The translations under genes and the position numbers were made by a program. Under the pieces are notes generated by a model that made no database searches, was not told the origin of the DNA, and saw only the letters and a list, made by a program, of their open reading frames with translations. From Candidatus Limnocylindria bacterium (GTDB taxonomy: Bacteria > Chloroflexota > Limnocylindria > QHBO01), in assembly GCA_035701385.1 (NCBI GenBank), contig DASSNI010000140.1, positions 1 through 27,333 on the forward strand: DNA of 27,333 nucleotides, given 5' to 3'. How positions within the stretch are numbered: position 1 is the first letter of the stretch; the number at the start of each line of letters is the position of its first letter. Below, piece by piece: positions 17,232 to 25,616 of the stretch.

Positions 17232-18544
17232 TGGATTCGTCGAACGCGGGGGAGCGTGAGGCGCTGCTCGGGCGGCGCCTGGCCGACCGCTACGCCGTCG
17301 AGCGCCTGGTCGCGCGCGGCGGGATGGCGCACGTCTATCGCGCCCGCGACGAGCGCCTGGATCGTGCCGTCGCCGTCAAGGTCCTGGCCGCGCCCTTCGC
17401 CGATGACCCCGCATACGTCGAACGCTTCCTGGAGGAGGCGCGGATCGCCGCTGGCGTCTCGCATCCGAACCTTGCCCACGTCTACGACTCGGGCAGCGAC
17501 GAGGGCCTGCACTTCATCGTGCTGGAGCTGCTGGAGGACCACCGCTCGCTGCGCGAGGTGCTGGCGGAAGTCGGCCGCCTGCCGGTAGCGGACGCGGTGC
17601 GCGTCGTCCGGGACGTCCTGGCGGGGCTCGGCGCGCTCCACGGCAGCGGCCTCGTCCACTGCGATGTCAAGCCTGGCAACGTGCTGGTCGGTGACGGGCC
17701 GGCGAAGCTCATCGACTTCGGCATCGCGCGACCGCTGAACCAGCAGGCGACCGGGCCGACCTCCATCGGCTCGCTGCACTCCATGTCCCCCGAGCAGCTG
17801 CGCGGCGACGCGCTGACCCCGGCCAGCGATGTGTTCGCCGCCGGGGTGGTGCTGTACGGGGCGCTCACCGGGCGCGTGCCGTTCCGCGGTGACACGCCGG
17901 CCGCCGTGGCCGCGGGCCAGAACGCGGGTCGGCCGCAGCCGCCGAGTGCCTTCGCCCCCGACATCCCGGAGCTGCTGGACGCCGCGGTGCTGGAGGCGCT
18001 CGAGCATGACCCCCTGCGGCGATTCGGCTCCACGCGGGCCATGGATGTCGCGCTCGCTGCGGCCATGGCGCATGCCGAATTGGGCGAGGCTGCCGGGCTG
18101 GACGACACGACCACGCTGGTGCCTATCGCGCGCCCGCCAGCCGGCCCGCCAACACCATCGGCGCGGGCCGCCGCCATCAGCCGCAGCGGCCGCCTGCCGA
18201 CCGTTGCCGGGGTCCTGGTGCTGGTGGCCGCCATCGTCGCGGGAGCCGGCATCCTGCTGGGCGGAAGGAATTCGGCCACGCCGACCGTGGCTGCGGACGA
18301 TCCGTCGCCGACGCCGGTGGCAACGCCCGCGGAGGCCGACAACGGCCTGGTCGAGATCCCCGATACCATCGGCATGAGCGAGGCACAGGCCGAGGCCACG
18401 GCGCGCGAGGCGGGGCTCAACTGGCGCATCGAATGGCAGGTCGATCCCGCCCAGGAGCCGGGCATCTACGACCAGCAGCCGGCTCCCGGACGCCGCGTCC
18501 AGCAGGGCTCGCGCTTCACGATGTACGCCTATCGCAACCGCTAG
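17228..18544 (+). CDS. Hanks-type Ser/Thr protein kinase with TM helix and one PASTA-like domain, 438 aa
   Basis: ARGGMAHVY, VAVKVL, RFLEEAR, HCDVKPGN, DFGIAR, MSPEQ, SDVF, TM VAGVLVLVAAIVAGAGILLG and C-terminal VEIPDTIGMSEAQA...QQPAPG. Confidence 0.92.
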   Translation: MMDSSNAGEREALLGRRLADRYAVERLVARGGMAHVYRARDERLDRAVAVKVLAAPFADDPAYVERFLEEARIAAGVSHPNLAHVYDSGSDEGLHFIVLELLEDHRSLREVLAEVGRLPVADAVRVVRDVLAGLGALHGSGLVHCDVKPGNVLVGDGPAKLIDFGIARPLNQQATGPTSIGSLHSMSPEQLRGDALTPASDVFAAGVVLYGALTGRVPFRGDTPAAVAAGQNAGRPQPPSAFAPDIPELLDAAVLEALEHDPLRRFGSTRAMDVALAAAMAHAELGEAAGLDDTTTLVPIARPPAGPPTPSARAAAISRSGRLPTVAGVLVLVAAIVAGAGILLGGRNSATPTVAADDPSPTPVATPAEADNGLVEIPDTIGMSEAQAEATAREAGLNWRIEWQVDPAQEPGIYDQQPAPGRRVQQGSRFTMYAYRNR

Positions 18545-18563
18545 GGAATCGGTCACATCAGGC

Positions 18564-18569
18564 TATACT
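18564..18569 (+). promoter_or_regulatory. Putative -10 element (TATACT) of the aminopeptidase gene
   Basis: TATACT about 75 nt upstream of ATG 18644. The leader has a 9-bp hairpin (18600-18608/18615-18623) and SD AAGGAG at 18631-18636. Confidence 0.5.
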
Positions 18570-18643
18570 CGCCGCCCGATCCTGGTAGTCCCCACCGATG
18601 ACGCGGCGCCTCTCCGCCGCGTCGACGAGCAAGGAGATCCTGC

Positions 18644-20131
18644 ATGCGCCTACGGGCTGAATCGGTGGATCCGGCAGCCGTCGAGGTCGACGTGCTGGCG
18701 GTTCCGATCTACCGCGAGGACAAGGAGATCAGCGGCGACCTGGCCACCCTGGATGCCGCGTCCGGCGGCGTCATCAGCCAGGCGATCGAGTGGGGCGAGT
18801 TCAACATCCTGGAGCACTACACCGCCCTGATCGATGGCGGCTCGATCGCCGCCGACAAGATCCTGCTGGTCAACGGCGTGCGGCGCGGCCGAGGAGCGTG
18901 GCGCTCACGTCGCATCGCCTCGGCTGCCACGCGGCGCCTGCAGGGGCGCGGCGTCAATCGCATGGCGCTGTGGCTGCGTGACGGCGAGGACCAGGACGGC
19001 TACGTCAGCGCGGCGGTGGGCGCACTGCAGGGAATGTATCGGCCCTTCGCCTACTACGGCCGAACCCGGGACACGCCGGCCATGCTGCGCAGCGTCGAAG
19101 AGGTGGTGCTCATCGGCGAGGGCGCGCCGGGCCAGGAGACGATGGACCAGGCGCTGATCATCGCCGAGGGCGTCGAGTTCGGGCGGACGCTGGCCAATCG
19201 CGCGGCGAACGACCTGTACCCGGAGAAGATGGCCGAGGTGGCGCGCGAGCTGGAGGCCGATGGCTGCAGCGTCGAGGTCCTGGACGTGCCGGCCATGCAG
19301 GCGCTCGGCATGGGCGCGCTGCTGGGGGTTGGCCAGGGCGCGACCCACGAGCCTCGCCTGATCGCCATCCGGCTGCCCGGCTGGGAGACGGCAGCGCCTG
19401 ACCGGCGGCTGGCGATCGTGGGCAAGGGCGTGTGCTTCGACTCGGGCGGCATCAGCATCAAGCCGGCCGAGAAGATGGAGGAGATGAAGCACGACAAGTC
19501 TGGCGCGGCAGCGGTCATTGCCGCCGCCCGCACCGTCGCGCGCCTGGCGCCGGACACGCCGCTGATGGCCGTGGCGCCCATGGTCGAGAACCTGCCGGGC
19601 GGCAACGCGCAGCGGCCGGGCGATGTCGTGAAGGCCATGAACGGCAAGACCATCGAGGTCATCAACACCGATGCCGAGGGTCGTCTCATCCTCGCCGATG
19701 CCCTGCACTGGGCCGAGACCCAGGGCGCGACCCACCTGGTCGACGTGGCCACCCTCACCGGCGCCGCCTCGGTGGCGTTCGGGGAGCTGATCAGCTGCTA
19801 CTTCGCGCGGCCGCGCGAGTGGGGCGCCGAGGTGCAGAAGGCCGCCGACGCGAGCGGCGAGTGGTTCTGGGAGATGCCGCTGGCGACCGAATACCGGCCG
19901 GCATACGACTCCGCCCACGCCGACATGGTCAACTCCGGGAGTCGTGACGCTTCGCTCATCAAGAGCGCAGTGTTCCTGGCCGAGTTCGCGACCGTCCCGT
20001 GGGTGCACGTCGACATCGCGGGCAGCGCGTACCTCGCCGCCGACAAGGCAGTGAACCCCAAGGGCGCGCTGGGCACGGCTGTCTCGACCCTGGTGCGCCT
20101 GGCGCTGGACTACGCCCCGCCAAAGAGCTGA
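18644..20131 (+). CDS. pepA: Leucyl aminopeptidase (peptidase M17), 495 aa
   Basis: VGKGVCFDSGGISIK, MKHD, NTDAEGRLILADAL, DVATLTGA and WVHVDIAG. Confidence 0.95.
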   Translation: MRLRAESVDPAAVEVDVLAVPIYREDKEISGDLATLDAASGGVISQAIEWGEFNILEHYTALIDGGSIAADKILLVNGVRRGRGAWRSRRIASAATRRLQGRGVNRMALWLRDGEDQDGYVSAAVGALQGMYRPFAYYGRTRDTPAMLRSVEEVVLIGEGAPGQETMDQALIIAEGVEFGRTLANRAANDLYPEKMAEVARELEADGCSVEVLDVPAMQALGMGALLGVGQGATHEPRLIAIRLPGWETAAPDRRLAIVGKGVCFDSGGISIKPAEKMEEMKHDKSGAAAVIAAARTVARLAPDTPLMAVAPMVENLPGGNAQRPGDVVKAMNGKTIEVINTDAEGRLILADALHWAETQGATHLVDVATLTGAASVAFGELISCYFARPREWGAEVQKAADASGEWFWEMPLATEYRPAYDSAHADMVNSGSRDASLIKSAVFLAEFATVPWVHVDIAGSAYLAADKAVNPKGALGTAVSTLVRLALDYAPPKS

Positions 20132-20140
20132 CCACACGAA

Positions 20141-20175
20141 GAGGGCCGGCCCGCCTCAACGGCGAACCGGCCCTC
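20141..20175. terminator. Stem-loop between convergent pepA and csbD, possible bidirectional terminator
   Basis: GAGGGCCGG (20141-20149) pairs with CCGGCCCTC (20167-20175), enclosing an inner CGCC/GGCG stem. No clear U-tract on either side. Confidence 0.5.
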
Positions 20176-20191
20176 GTGCCGCTGAGGACGG

Positions 20192-20386
20192 TCAGTCGTC
20201 GTCCGCGTCGTCCACGGCGTCGCGGACGGCGTCCTTGGCCTCGCCCCAGCTCTGCTGAACCTGGCCCTCGGCCTGGTCCTGGCGGCCTTCGAGCTCGGTG
20301 GAGCGATCGTCAGTGGCGTCGCCCCACTCCTCCTTGACCTTGCCGGCCCCTTCCTTCAGGCCGCCTTCGATGCGGTCGCTGTCCAT
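20192..20386 (-). CDS. csbD: CsbD/YjbJ family small stress protein, 64 aa
   Basis: DRIEG.LKE.AGKVKE.WGDATDD...EG..DQ.EG.VQ...GEAKD pattern. SD CAGGAGG upstream. Confidence 0.92.
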   Translation of the reverse strand: MDSDRIEGGLKEGAGKVKEEWGDATDDRSTELEGRQDQAEGQVQQSWGEAKDAVRDAVDDADDD

Positions 20387-20477
20387 TCGGTACCTCCTGT
20401 CAGGCGCCGCCTTGCATCTGCGCGACGCTCAACGCTCCCCGAGGCAGATTGCGTGCCAGCCCGCATCCCAACGTCGC

Positions 20478-20483
20478 TAGCAT
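20478..20483 (+). promoter_or_regulatory. -10 hexamer TAGCAT, leaderless-type, for the prepilin peptidase
   Basis: TANNNT 7 nt before ATG 20491. Confidence 0.55.
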
Positions 20484-20490
20484 GCCGCCG

Positions 20491-21168
20491 ATGACACCGC
20501 TGGCCGTGGCCGCCGCCCTCCTGTTCGCCGTGCTGGGCGCCGTGGCGGAGCGCGTGGCATCCGTGTGGCCCGCCGAAGAGGCCTCGCGCCGGGGTCCCGG
20601 CTGGCGCACTGGGCTGCTGGCGATCGCAGCCGGCGCATCGGCCCTTGCGGTCGTCGAGCGCTCCACGCTGGTGCCCTGGGCCACGCTCGCGCACCTGGGC
20701 TTCCTGGCGATCCTGACGTTCCTGGCCGCGACCGACCTGGAGCAGCGCCGCCTGCCGCACGTGCTGCTCGATCCGCTCATCGTGCTGGCCATCGGCTTCG
20801 TATTCGTCAACCCCAGCGTGTCGCTGCTGGATGCGGTGATCGGCGCGACTGCGGCGATTGCCTTCCTCGGCATCCTGGGCCTGGTGATCCGCTCGGGGGT
20901 CGCGCTGGGCGACCTCTACCTGGTGGCGCCGATGGGCCTCATCCTGGGCTGGCCGGCGATCTTCGTGGCCGTCTTCATCGCCGCGCTGCTGTCGTCCGTC
21001 ACCAGCCTGGTGCTGCTGGCCTCGCGACGCGTCAGCCTGCGCAGCTACATTCCCTTCGGCCCGTTCCTGGTGGGGGGCATGGTGCTGACCCTGCTGCGTG
21101 ACGATCGGCTGCTGGGCCCGGCCACGGGCATTGCCGGTTGGCTGCTGAGGCGGCTCCTCGGCGGCTGA
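20491..21168 (+). CDS. Prepilin peptidase (A24A aspartic peptidase) without Cys/Zn N-terminal domain, 225 aa
   Basis: TDLEQRRLP (Asp1), ALGDLYL (GxGD-type Asp2) and IPFGPFL. Multi-TM. Start placed at ATG 20491, 7 nt after TAGCAT. Confidence 0.85.
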   Translation: MTPLAVAAALLFAVLGAVAERVASVWPAEEASRRGPGWRTGLLAIAAGASALAVVERSTLVPWATLAHLGFLAILTFLAATDLEQRRLPHVLLDPLIVLAIGFVFVNPSVSLLDAVIGATAAIAFLGILGLVIRSGVALGDLYLVAPMGLILGWPAIFVAVFIAALLSSVTSLVLLASRRVSLRSYIPFGPFLVGGMVLTLLRDDRLLGPATGIAGWLLRRLLGG

Positions 21169-21371
21169 GGACCACCGCCCACTGGCCCGGAGGTCCGGGG
21201 CGCCCCTGACCCAGGCGTCCCACGCTCAGCCTCTGGTCCCGGCTTGCACGATGGGGTATCCTTCGCGGCGCCCCGTGCCCGGGGGACCCTTGGTCGGCGG
21301 CCACGTCCCCTGCCCAGGCGATCCGATCGCCGGCACGTGCGCAGCCTGACCGTTTCACGACACAGGAGCCG

Positions 21372-22664
21372 ATGTCGATCGTTCGTCGCCGAGCCGCGAT
21401 CACCGTGGGCCTGCTGGCGCTCGTCGTTGCCTTTGCACCAGGCAGCGTGCGGCCGCCGGCCCTGGCCGGTGGCTCGGTCAACGACGCCATCGCCGAGCAG
21501 CAGCGCATGGAGGCGGAGCTCGCCCGCCAGCGCCAGCAGCTCGCCGACCTGCGGCGACAGCAGGCTGACCTGTCCGCCAGCCTGGCGCTGCTGCACACCA
21601 ATCTCGAGGCCGCGGGCCTGGAGCTGGCACGCGCCGAGCGCGAGCTGGATCGGGTCACCACCGCGCTCGAGTCGTCGCGGAAGGACCTGGAGAGCTACCG
21701 CAGCCAGATCCGCAACCTGGAGAAGAACCTCGCGAGGGTCGCCGACGAGCTCGTCGAGACGCGTGCCGACCTGGTGGAGCGCGAGGCCCTGCTGCAGGAT
21801 CATCTGCGCGCGGCCTACGAGCAGTCACAGACGTCGCTGCTGGAGGTCATCCTCTCCACCGAGACGTTCGGCGAGGCGTCGAACCAGCTGTCGTCGATGC
21901 TGACCCTGTCGGACGAGGATCGGATGCTGGCCGGCGAGATCCGCGACACACGCGAGCGGCTGATGGTGCGCCAGCAGACGCTGGCCGATGGCCGGGCCAC
22001 GCTGGCCGCGCTGCGCGACGCCGAGAAGGAGCGCGCCGCCTCCCTGGCCGCGCAGCAGCGCGAGGTCGATGCCGCGCGCCAGAAGCTGGAGGATTACAAG
22101 CGCGAGCTGCGCGCCCTGCGCAGGCAGCAGGAGGCGCAGTACGCCAAGGCACAGCGCAACGCGCGCCGCACCCGCCAGCTCATGGACCAGGAGCGCAGGG
22201 AGCTGGCCGGCCAGAAGGAGCTGGTCGCGAAGCTCAAGCGCCGCGCGGATCGCCTGGACCTGGCCTACCGCGGACGCTTCGCGTGGCCGGAGAAGGGCAA
22301 GTTCTTCGTCACCCAGGAGTTCGGCTACACCAATTTCGACAGCAACCACACCGGCATGGACATGGCCTACAGCACCGGCTGCGGCGGGCCGATCTACGCG
22401 GCGGGTGACGGCACCGTGCTGGCCGATGGGCGTCCCAACCTGGCGTACGGCGACACGGCCATCGGCGTGGTGATCGGCCACAGCCAGCGGCTGCAGACCT
22501 GGTACTGGCACCTTTCCCGTGAGCTGGTCACGGTCGGGCAGGAAGTGCATGCCGGCGACCTCATCGGCTACGAAGGCGCCACCGGCTTCGCGACCGGCTG
22601 CCACCTGCATTTCCAGGTCAACCTGGACGAACACCCGGTGAACCCGCGCAACTACCTGCCGTGA
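21372..22664 (+). CDS. Secreted coiled-coil M23 family peptidoglycan endopeptidase (EnvC/MepM-like architecture), 430 aa
   Basis: Signal peptide, about 280 aa of coiled coil, and an M23 domain with intact HTGMD, YWHL and HLHF motifs. SD CAGGAG. Confidence 0.9.
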   Translation: MSIVRRRAAITVGLLALVVAFAPGSVRPPALAGGSVNDAIAEQQRMEAELARQRQQLADLRRQQADLSASLALLHTNLEAAGLELARAERELDRVTTALESSRKDLESYRSQIRNLEKNLARVADELVETRADLVEREALLQDHLRAAYEQSQTSLLEVILSTETFGEASNQLSSMLTLSDEDRMLAGEIRDTRERLMVRQQTLADGRATLAALRDAEKERAASLAAQQREVDAARQKLEDYKRELRALRRQQEAQYAKAQRNARRTRQLMDQERRELAGQKELVAKLKRRADRLDLAYRGRFAWPEKGKFFVTQEFGYTNFDSNHTGMDMAYSTGCGGPIYAAGDGTVLADGRPNLAYGDTAIGVVIGHSQRLQTWYWHLSRELVTVGQEVHAGDLIGYEGATGFATGCHLHFQVNLDEHPVNPRNYLP

Positions 22665-22784
22665 AGTGACGGGCGGATAGGCCCGCCGCCGCCCGCCTGA
22701 CGTGCGACAGGCACGCGCGTTGCTACGTCCAAGGGGCTGATGCGCATTCGACCGGGCAGCATGCATCGGGTACCGTAGGCCGCG

Positions 22785-25571
22785 ATGCATCCAGCCATGC
22801 AGCGGCGCCGCCATCGCCTGATGTTGCGCCGCACCACGCGCGGGCGCGCCCCGCGTCGCGGGATGGCCACCGCCTTCGTCGTCCTCGTCGGCCTGTTCGG
22901 GCTGGGCGTGGCGGCCACCATCGGCGGGACCGCCGGCGGCGGGCTGGTGCTGTACGGCTCCATCTACGCCAGCCTGCCGGACGGGCACCTGCTGGACGAC
23001 ATCAAGCTGCCGGCCTCCACCTACGTGTACGACCGCTCGGGCAAGGTGCTCCTGGCGCGCTTCGAATGCCAGAACCGCGAGCAGGTGCACTTCGACCAGG
23101 TGCCGGCCAACGTGGTGAACGCGGCGGTGGCGGCAGAGGACCGCACCTTCTGGACGAATGACGGGGTCGACTACCCGGCCATCTTCCGCGCCGGGCTGGC
23201 GAACTACCAGGCCGGTGAGATCGTGCAGGGCGCCTCGACCATCACCCAGCAGGTCATCAAGTACGCCGGGTCCATCAAGCTCGCCGAGGAAGCGGCCGCC
23301 CAGCCGTCGGCATCGGCAGCGCCGACCGCCGAGCTCGACCCGGAGGCCAGTCCCGAGGAGGGCGAGCAGGATGTCTGCCAGCCGCCGCGCCTGACGTTCC
23401 TGGAGTCGGACCGCAAGTTCGTCGACAAGATCCAGGAAGCGGTCATGGCCAAGAAGATGACCGATGCCTACCCGGGCCGCGAGGGCAAGGAACGGATCCT
23501 GGAGACGTACCTGAACCTGATCTTCTACGGCAACGGCTCGTATGGCATCAAGGCCGCCGCCGCCAACTACTTCGGCATCGAGGATCTCAACGAGCTGTCG
23601 CTGTCCCAGGCCGCCTTCCTGGCCGGGCTGCCCCAGCTGCCATCGGTCTACGACCCGTACATCAACGACCAGGGACCGGCCCGCGCCATGGCGCGGCGCA
23701 ACCAGGTGCTGCAGGCCATGCTGCGCGACGGGTACATCACTCCCAAGCAGGAACGCCAGGCGCGGCGCGTGACCTGGGCGGACATGAAGCCGTCACGCAT
23801 CACCTCTGTCCTGCGCGAGCCGCACTTCAGCTTCCGCGTCCAGCGCGAGGCCGAGGCGATCCTGTCGGCGATGGGCGTGCCCAATCCCGCGGAGGCGGTG
23901 CGCACCGGCGGCTACCGCATCACGACCACGCTCGATTACAAGCTGCAGGAGGTCGCCCACGACCAGGTGACGAAGTGGGTCAACGCGCTGGCCGACAAGA
24001 ACGTGCACAACGGCGCGCTGGTGGCGATCAACTCCGAGACCGGCGAGATCGTGGCCTACATCGGCAGCGTCGACTACTACAACCGCAATGACAAGCGTGT
24101 GGATGGCCAGTTCGATGTCGCCGGCCTGTCCGTGCGGCAGCCCGGGTCGGCCTTCAAGCCCATCGTGTACTCCTCCGCCTTCCGCGCCCGCGAGGCCACG
24201 CCGGCCACCCTCTTCGTCGACAACGTGACGCAGTTCGGCGCCGATCGGGAGACCAGCTACCTGCCGACCAACGCCGACATCAAGAACCACGGCCCGCTGC
24301 TCGCCGTTGACGCGCTGCGCTACTCGCTCAACGTCCCGTCGGTGATGATGCAGTACCTGGTCGGGGTCAACGAGTCGGCGGCCTTTGCCGAGTCGATGGG
24401 CATTGCCAGCAAGGACTACATCATGGACCAGGATCCGGGCCTCACCCTCGCGCTCGGATCGGTGCCGGTCAACCTCACGAACATGACCGGTGCGTACGGC
24501 GTGTTCGCCCAGCAGGGCGTGCTGCACCAGCCGACGACCATCCGCGAGATCCGCGACCGCGACAACCGCGTCATCTACTCCCTGAAGGACGACGGTCCGA
24601 AGCCCACCAAGCCGATGACCAAGGGCGAGGCGTACCTGACGCACTGGATCCTGGAGGGCAACACCAACCCCGAGACGAACGTGCTGTGGGGCTCGCGCGC
24701 CGAGCTGCGGGACCAGAATGGCGTCCGGCGCCACGCGGGCTTCAAGACCGGCACGACGAACGACTTCCGTGACGTGTCTGGCTTCGGCTACGTGCCCGGC
24801 AGCCTGGTGACCGGCGTATGGATGGGCAACAGCAACCAGGAGCCGCTGTCCAATGCCCTTGGCCAGGGACTGTTCAGCGCCGATGGGCCGCTCTACATGT
24901 GGCACGACTTCATGGAGATCGCGCTCAACCGCAAGTGGGACTGGAACGACCGGCAGCCGGTGCCGCAGACGGACTTCCCGCAGCCCGAGGGCGTGACGAT
25001 GGAGACCGTCTGCAAGTACAGCGGCATGGCGGCCACCAACTCCTGCGGGCAGACGCGCGAAATCCCCTTCCTGGAGGGTACGGTCCCACCGCCCGACAAC
25101 CTGCACAGCACGGGATGCTTCGACATCGTGCAGGCCGTCCGCAACGACGACCGCCGTCCGCAGGAGTGGATCGACTCCGCGCAGGAGTGGGCCAATCGGC
25201 TGGTCAACGGCCAGCTTGGCTCGGTGGGCGACCCGACGGAGCTGAAGGAGCACCCGGAGTACCGCCTGGCCATCGCGCCGGTGCTAGGCAACCCGGGATA
25301 TGGCCAACCGATCTGTGGCCAGCGCATATTCACTCCGAAGCCGTCGGAGAGTGAGAGGCCCAGGCCGGGTGAGTCGAAGCCGCCCAAGCCGGATCCCTCG
25401 CGACCCTGTCACGGCAACCGCTGCTCGGATGACGCGAAGCCGAATGCCGGCTCCCTGTCGGATAGAGCGCCAGCGCCAACTGACGTTGCGATGCTGCTGC
25501 CGGCCTTCCTGCTTACCGCCGGCGCCTGGCTGGTTCCGCTGGTCCGTCGCCGGCGCGCGCGCAATCGCTGA
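22785..25571 (+). CDS. Class A penicillin-binding protein (transglycosylase-transpeptidase) with extra C-terminal TM tail, 928 aa
   Basis: N-terminal TM. GT51 motifs AAEDRTF, GASTITQQ, KIQE and ILETYLN..YG. Transpeptidase SAFK, SLN and KTGT. C-terminal Cys-rich and Pro-rich region, then a hydrophobic helix and RRRRARNR. Confidence 0.93.
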   Translation: MHPAMQRRRHRLMLRRTTRGRAPRRGMATAFVVLVGLFGLGVAATIGGTAGGGLVLYGSIYASLPDGHLLDDIKLPASTYVYDRSGKVLLARFECQNREQVHFDQVPANVVNAAVAAEDRTFWTNDGVDYPAIFRAGLANYQAGEIVQGASTITQQVIKYAGSIKLAEEAAAQPSASAAPTAELDPEASPEEGEQDVCQPPRLTFLESDRKFVDKIQEAVMAKKMTDAYPGREGKERILETYLNLIFYGNGSYGIKAAAANYFGIEDLNELSLSQAAFLAGLPQLPSVYDPYINDQGPARAMARRNQVLQAMLRDGYITPKQERQARRVTWADMKPSRITSVLREPHFSFRVQREAEAILSAMGVPNPAEAVRTGGYRITTTLDYKLQEVAHDQVTKWVNALADKNVHNGALVAINSETGEIVAYIGSVDYYNRNDKRVDGQFDVAGLSVRQPGSAFKPIVYSSAFRAREATPATLFVDNVTQFGADRETSYLPTNADIKNHGPLLAVDALRYSLNVPSVMMQYLVGVNESAAFAESMGIASKDYIMDQDPGLTLALGSVPVNLTNMTGAYGVFAQQGVLHQPTTIREIRDRDNRVIYSLKDDGPKPTKPMTKGEAYLTHWILEGNTNPETNVLWGSRAELRDQNGVRRHAGFKTGTTNDFRDVSGFGYVPGSLVTGVWMGNSNQEPLSNALGQGLFSADGPLYMWHDFMEIALNRKWDWNDRQPVPQTDFPQPEGVTMETVCKYSGMAATNSCGQTREIPFLEGTVPPPDNLHSTGCFDIVQAVRNDDRRPQEWIDSAQEWANRLVNGQLGSVGDPTELKEHPEYRLAIAPVLGNPGYGQPICGQRIFTPKPSESERPRPGESKPPKPDPSRPCHGNRCSDDAKPNAGSLSDRAPAPTDVAMLLPAFLLTAGAWLVPLVRRRRARNR

Positions 25572-25600
25572 GCGACCGTCGCTCGCGGCCGCTGACCGCG

Positions 25601-25609
25601 TGCGAGAAT
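25601..25609 (+). promoter_or_regulatory. Extended -10 (TGcGAGAAT), leaderless-type, for glgC
   Basis: TGn plus a near-consensus hexamer 7 nt before GTG 25617, with no SD. Confidence 0.45.
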
Positions 25610-25616
25610 CGGGGCC

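Noticed and set aside
17300-17335. Kinase glycine loop ARGGMA lacking the first Gly
   Set aside because: This variant is common in bacterial Hanks kinases, so it is not evidence of a pseudokinase.
19483-19512. MKHDKSG instead of MKxDMxG in the aminopeptidase
   Set aside because: All metal and catalytic residues (GKG Lys, FDSGG Asp, SIK Lys, MKxD Asp, NTDAEGR) are intact. A single non-ligand change is not enough to infer a new function.
21169-21371. c-di-AMP (ydaO) riboswitch upstream of the M23 gene
   Set aside because: The conserved GCUGAAUCC / GGGGAACC / GUCAGCUAA-type segments are not recognisable. Kept only as an unassigned structured-leader candidate.
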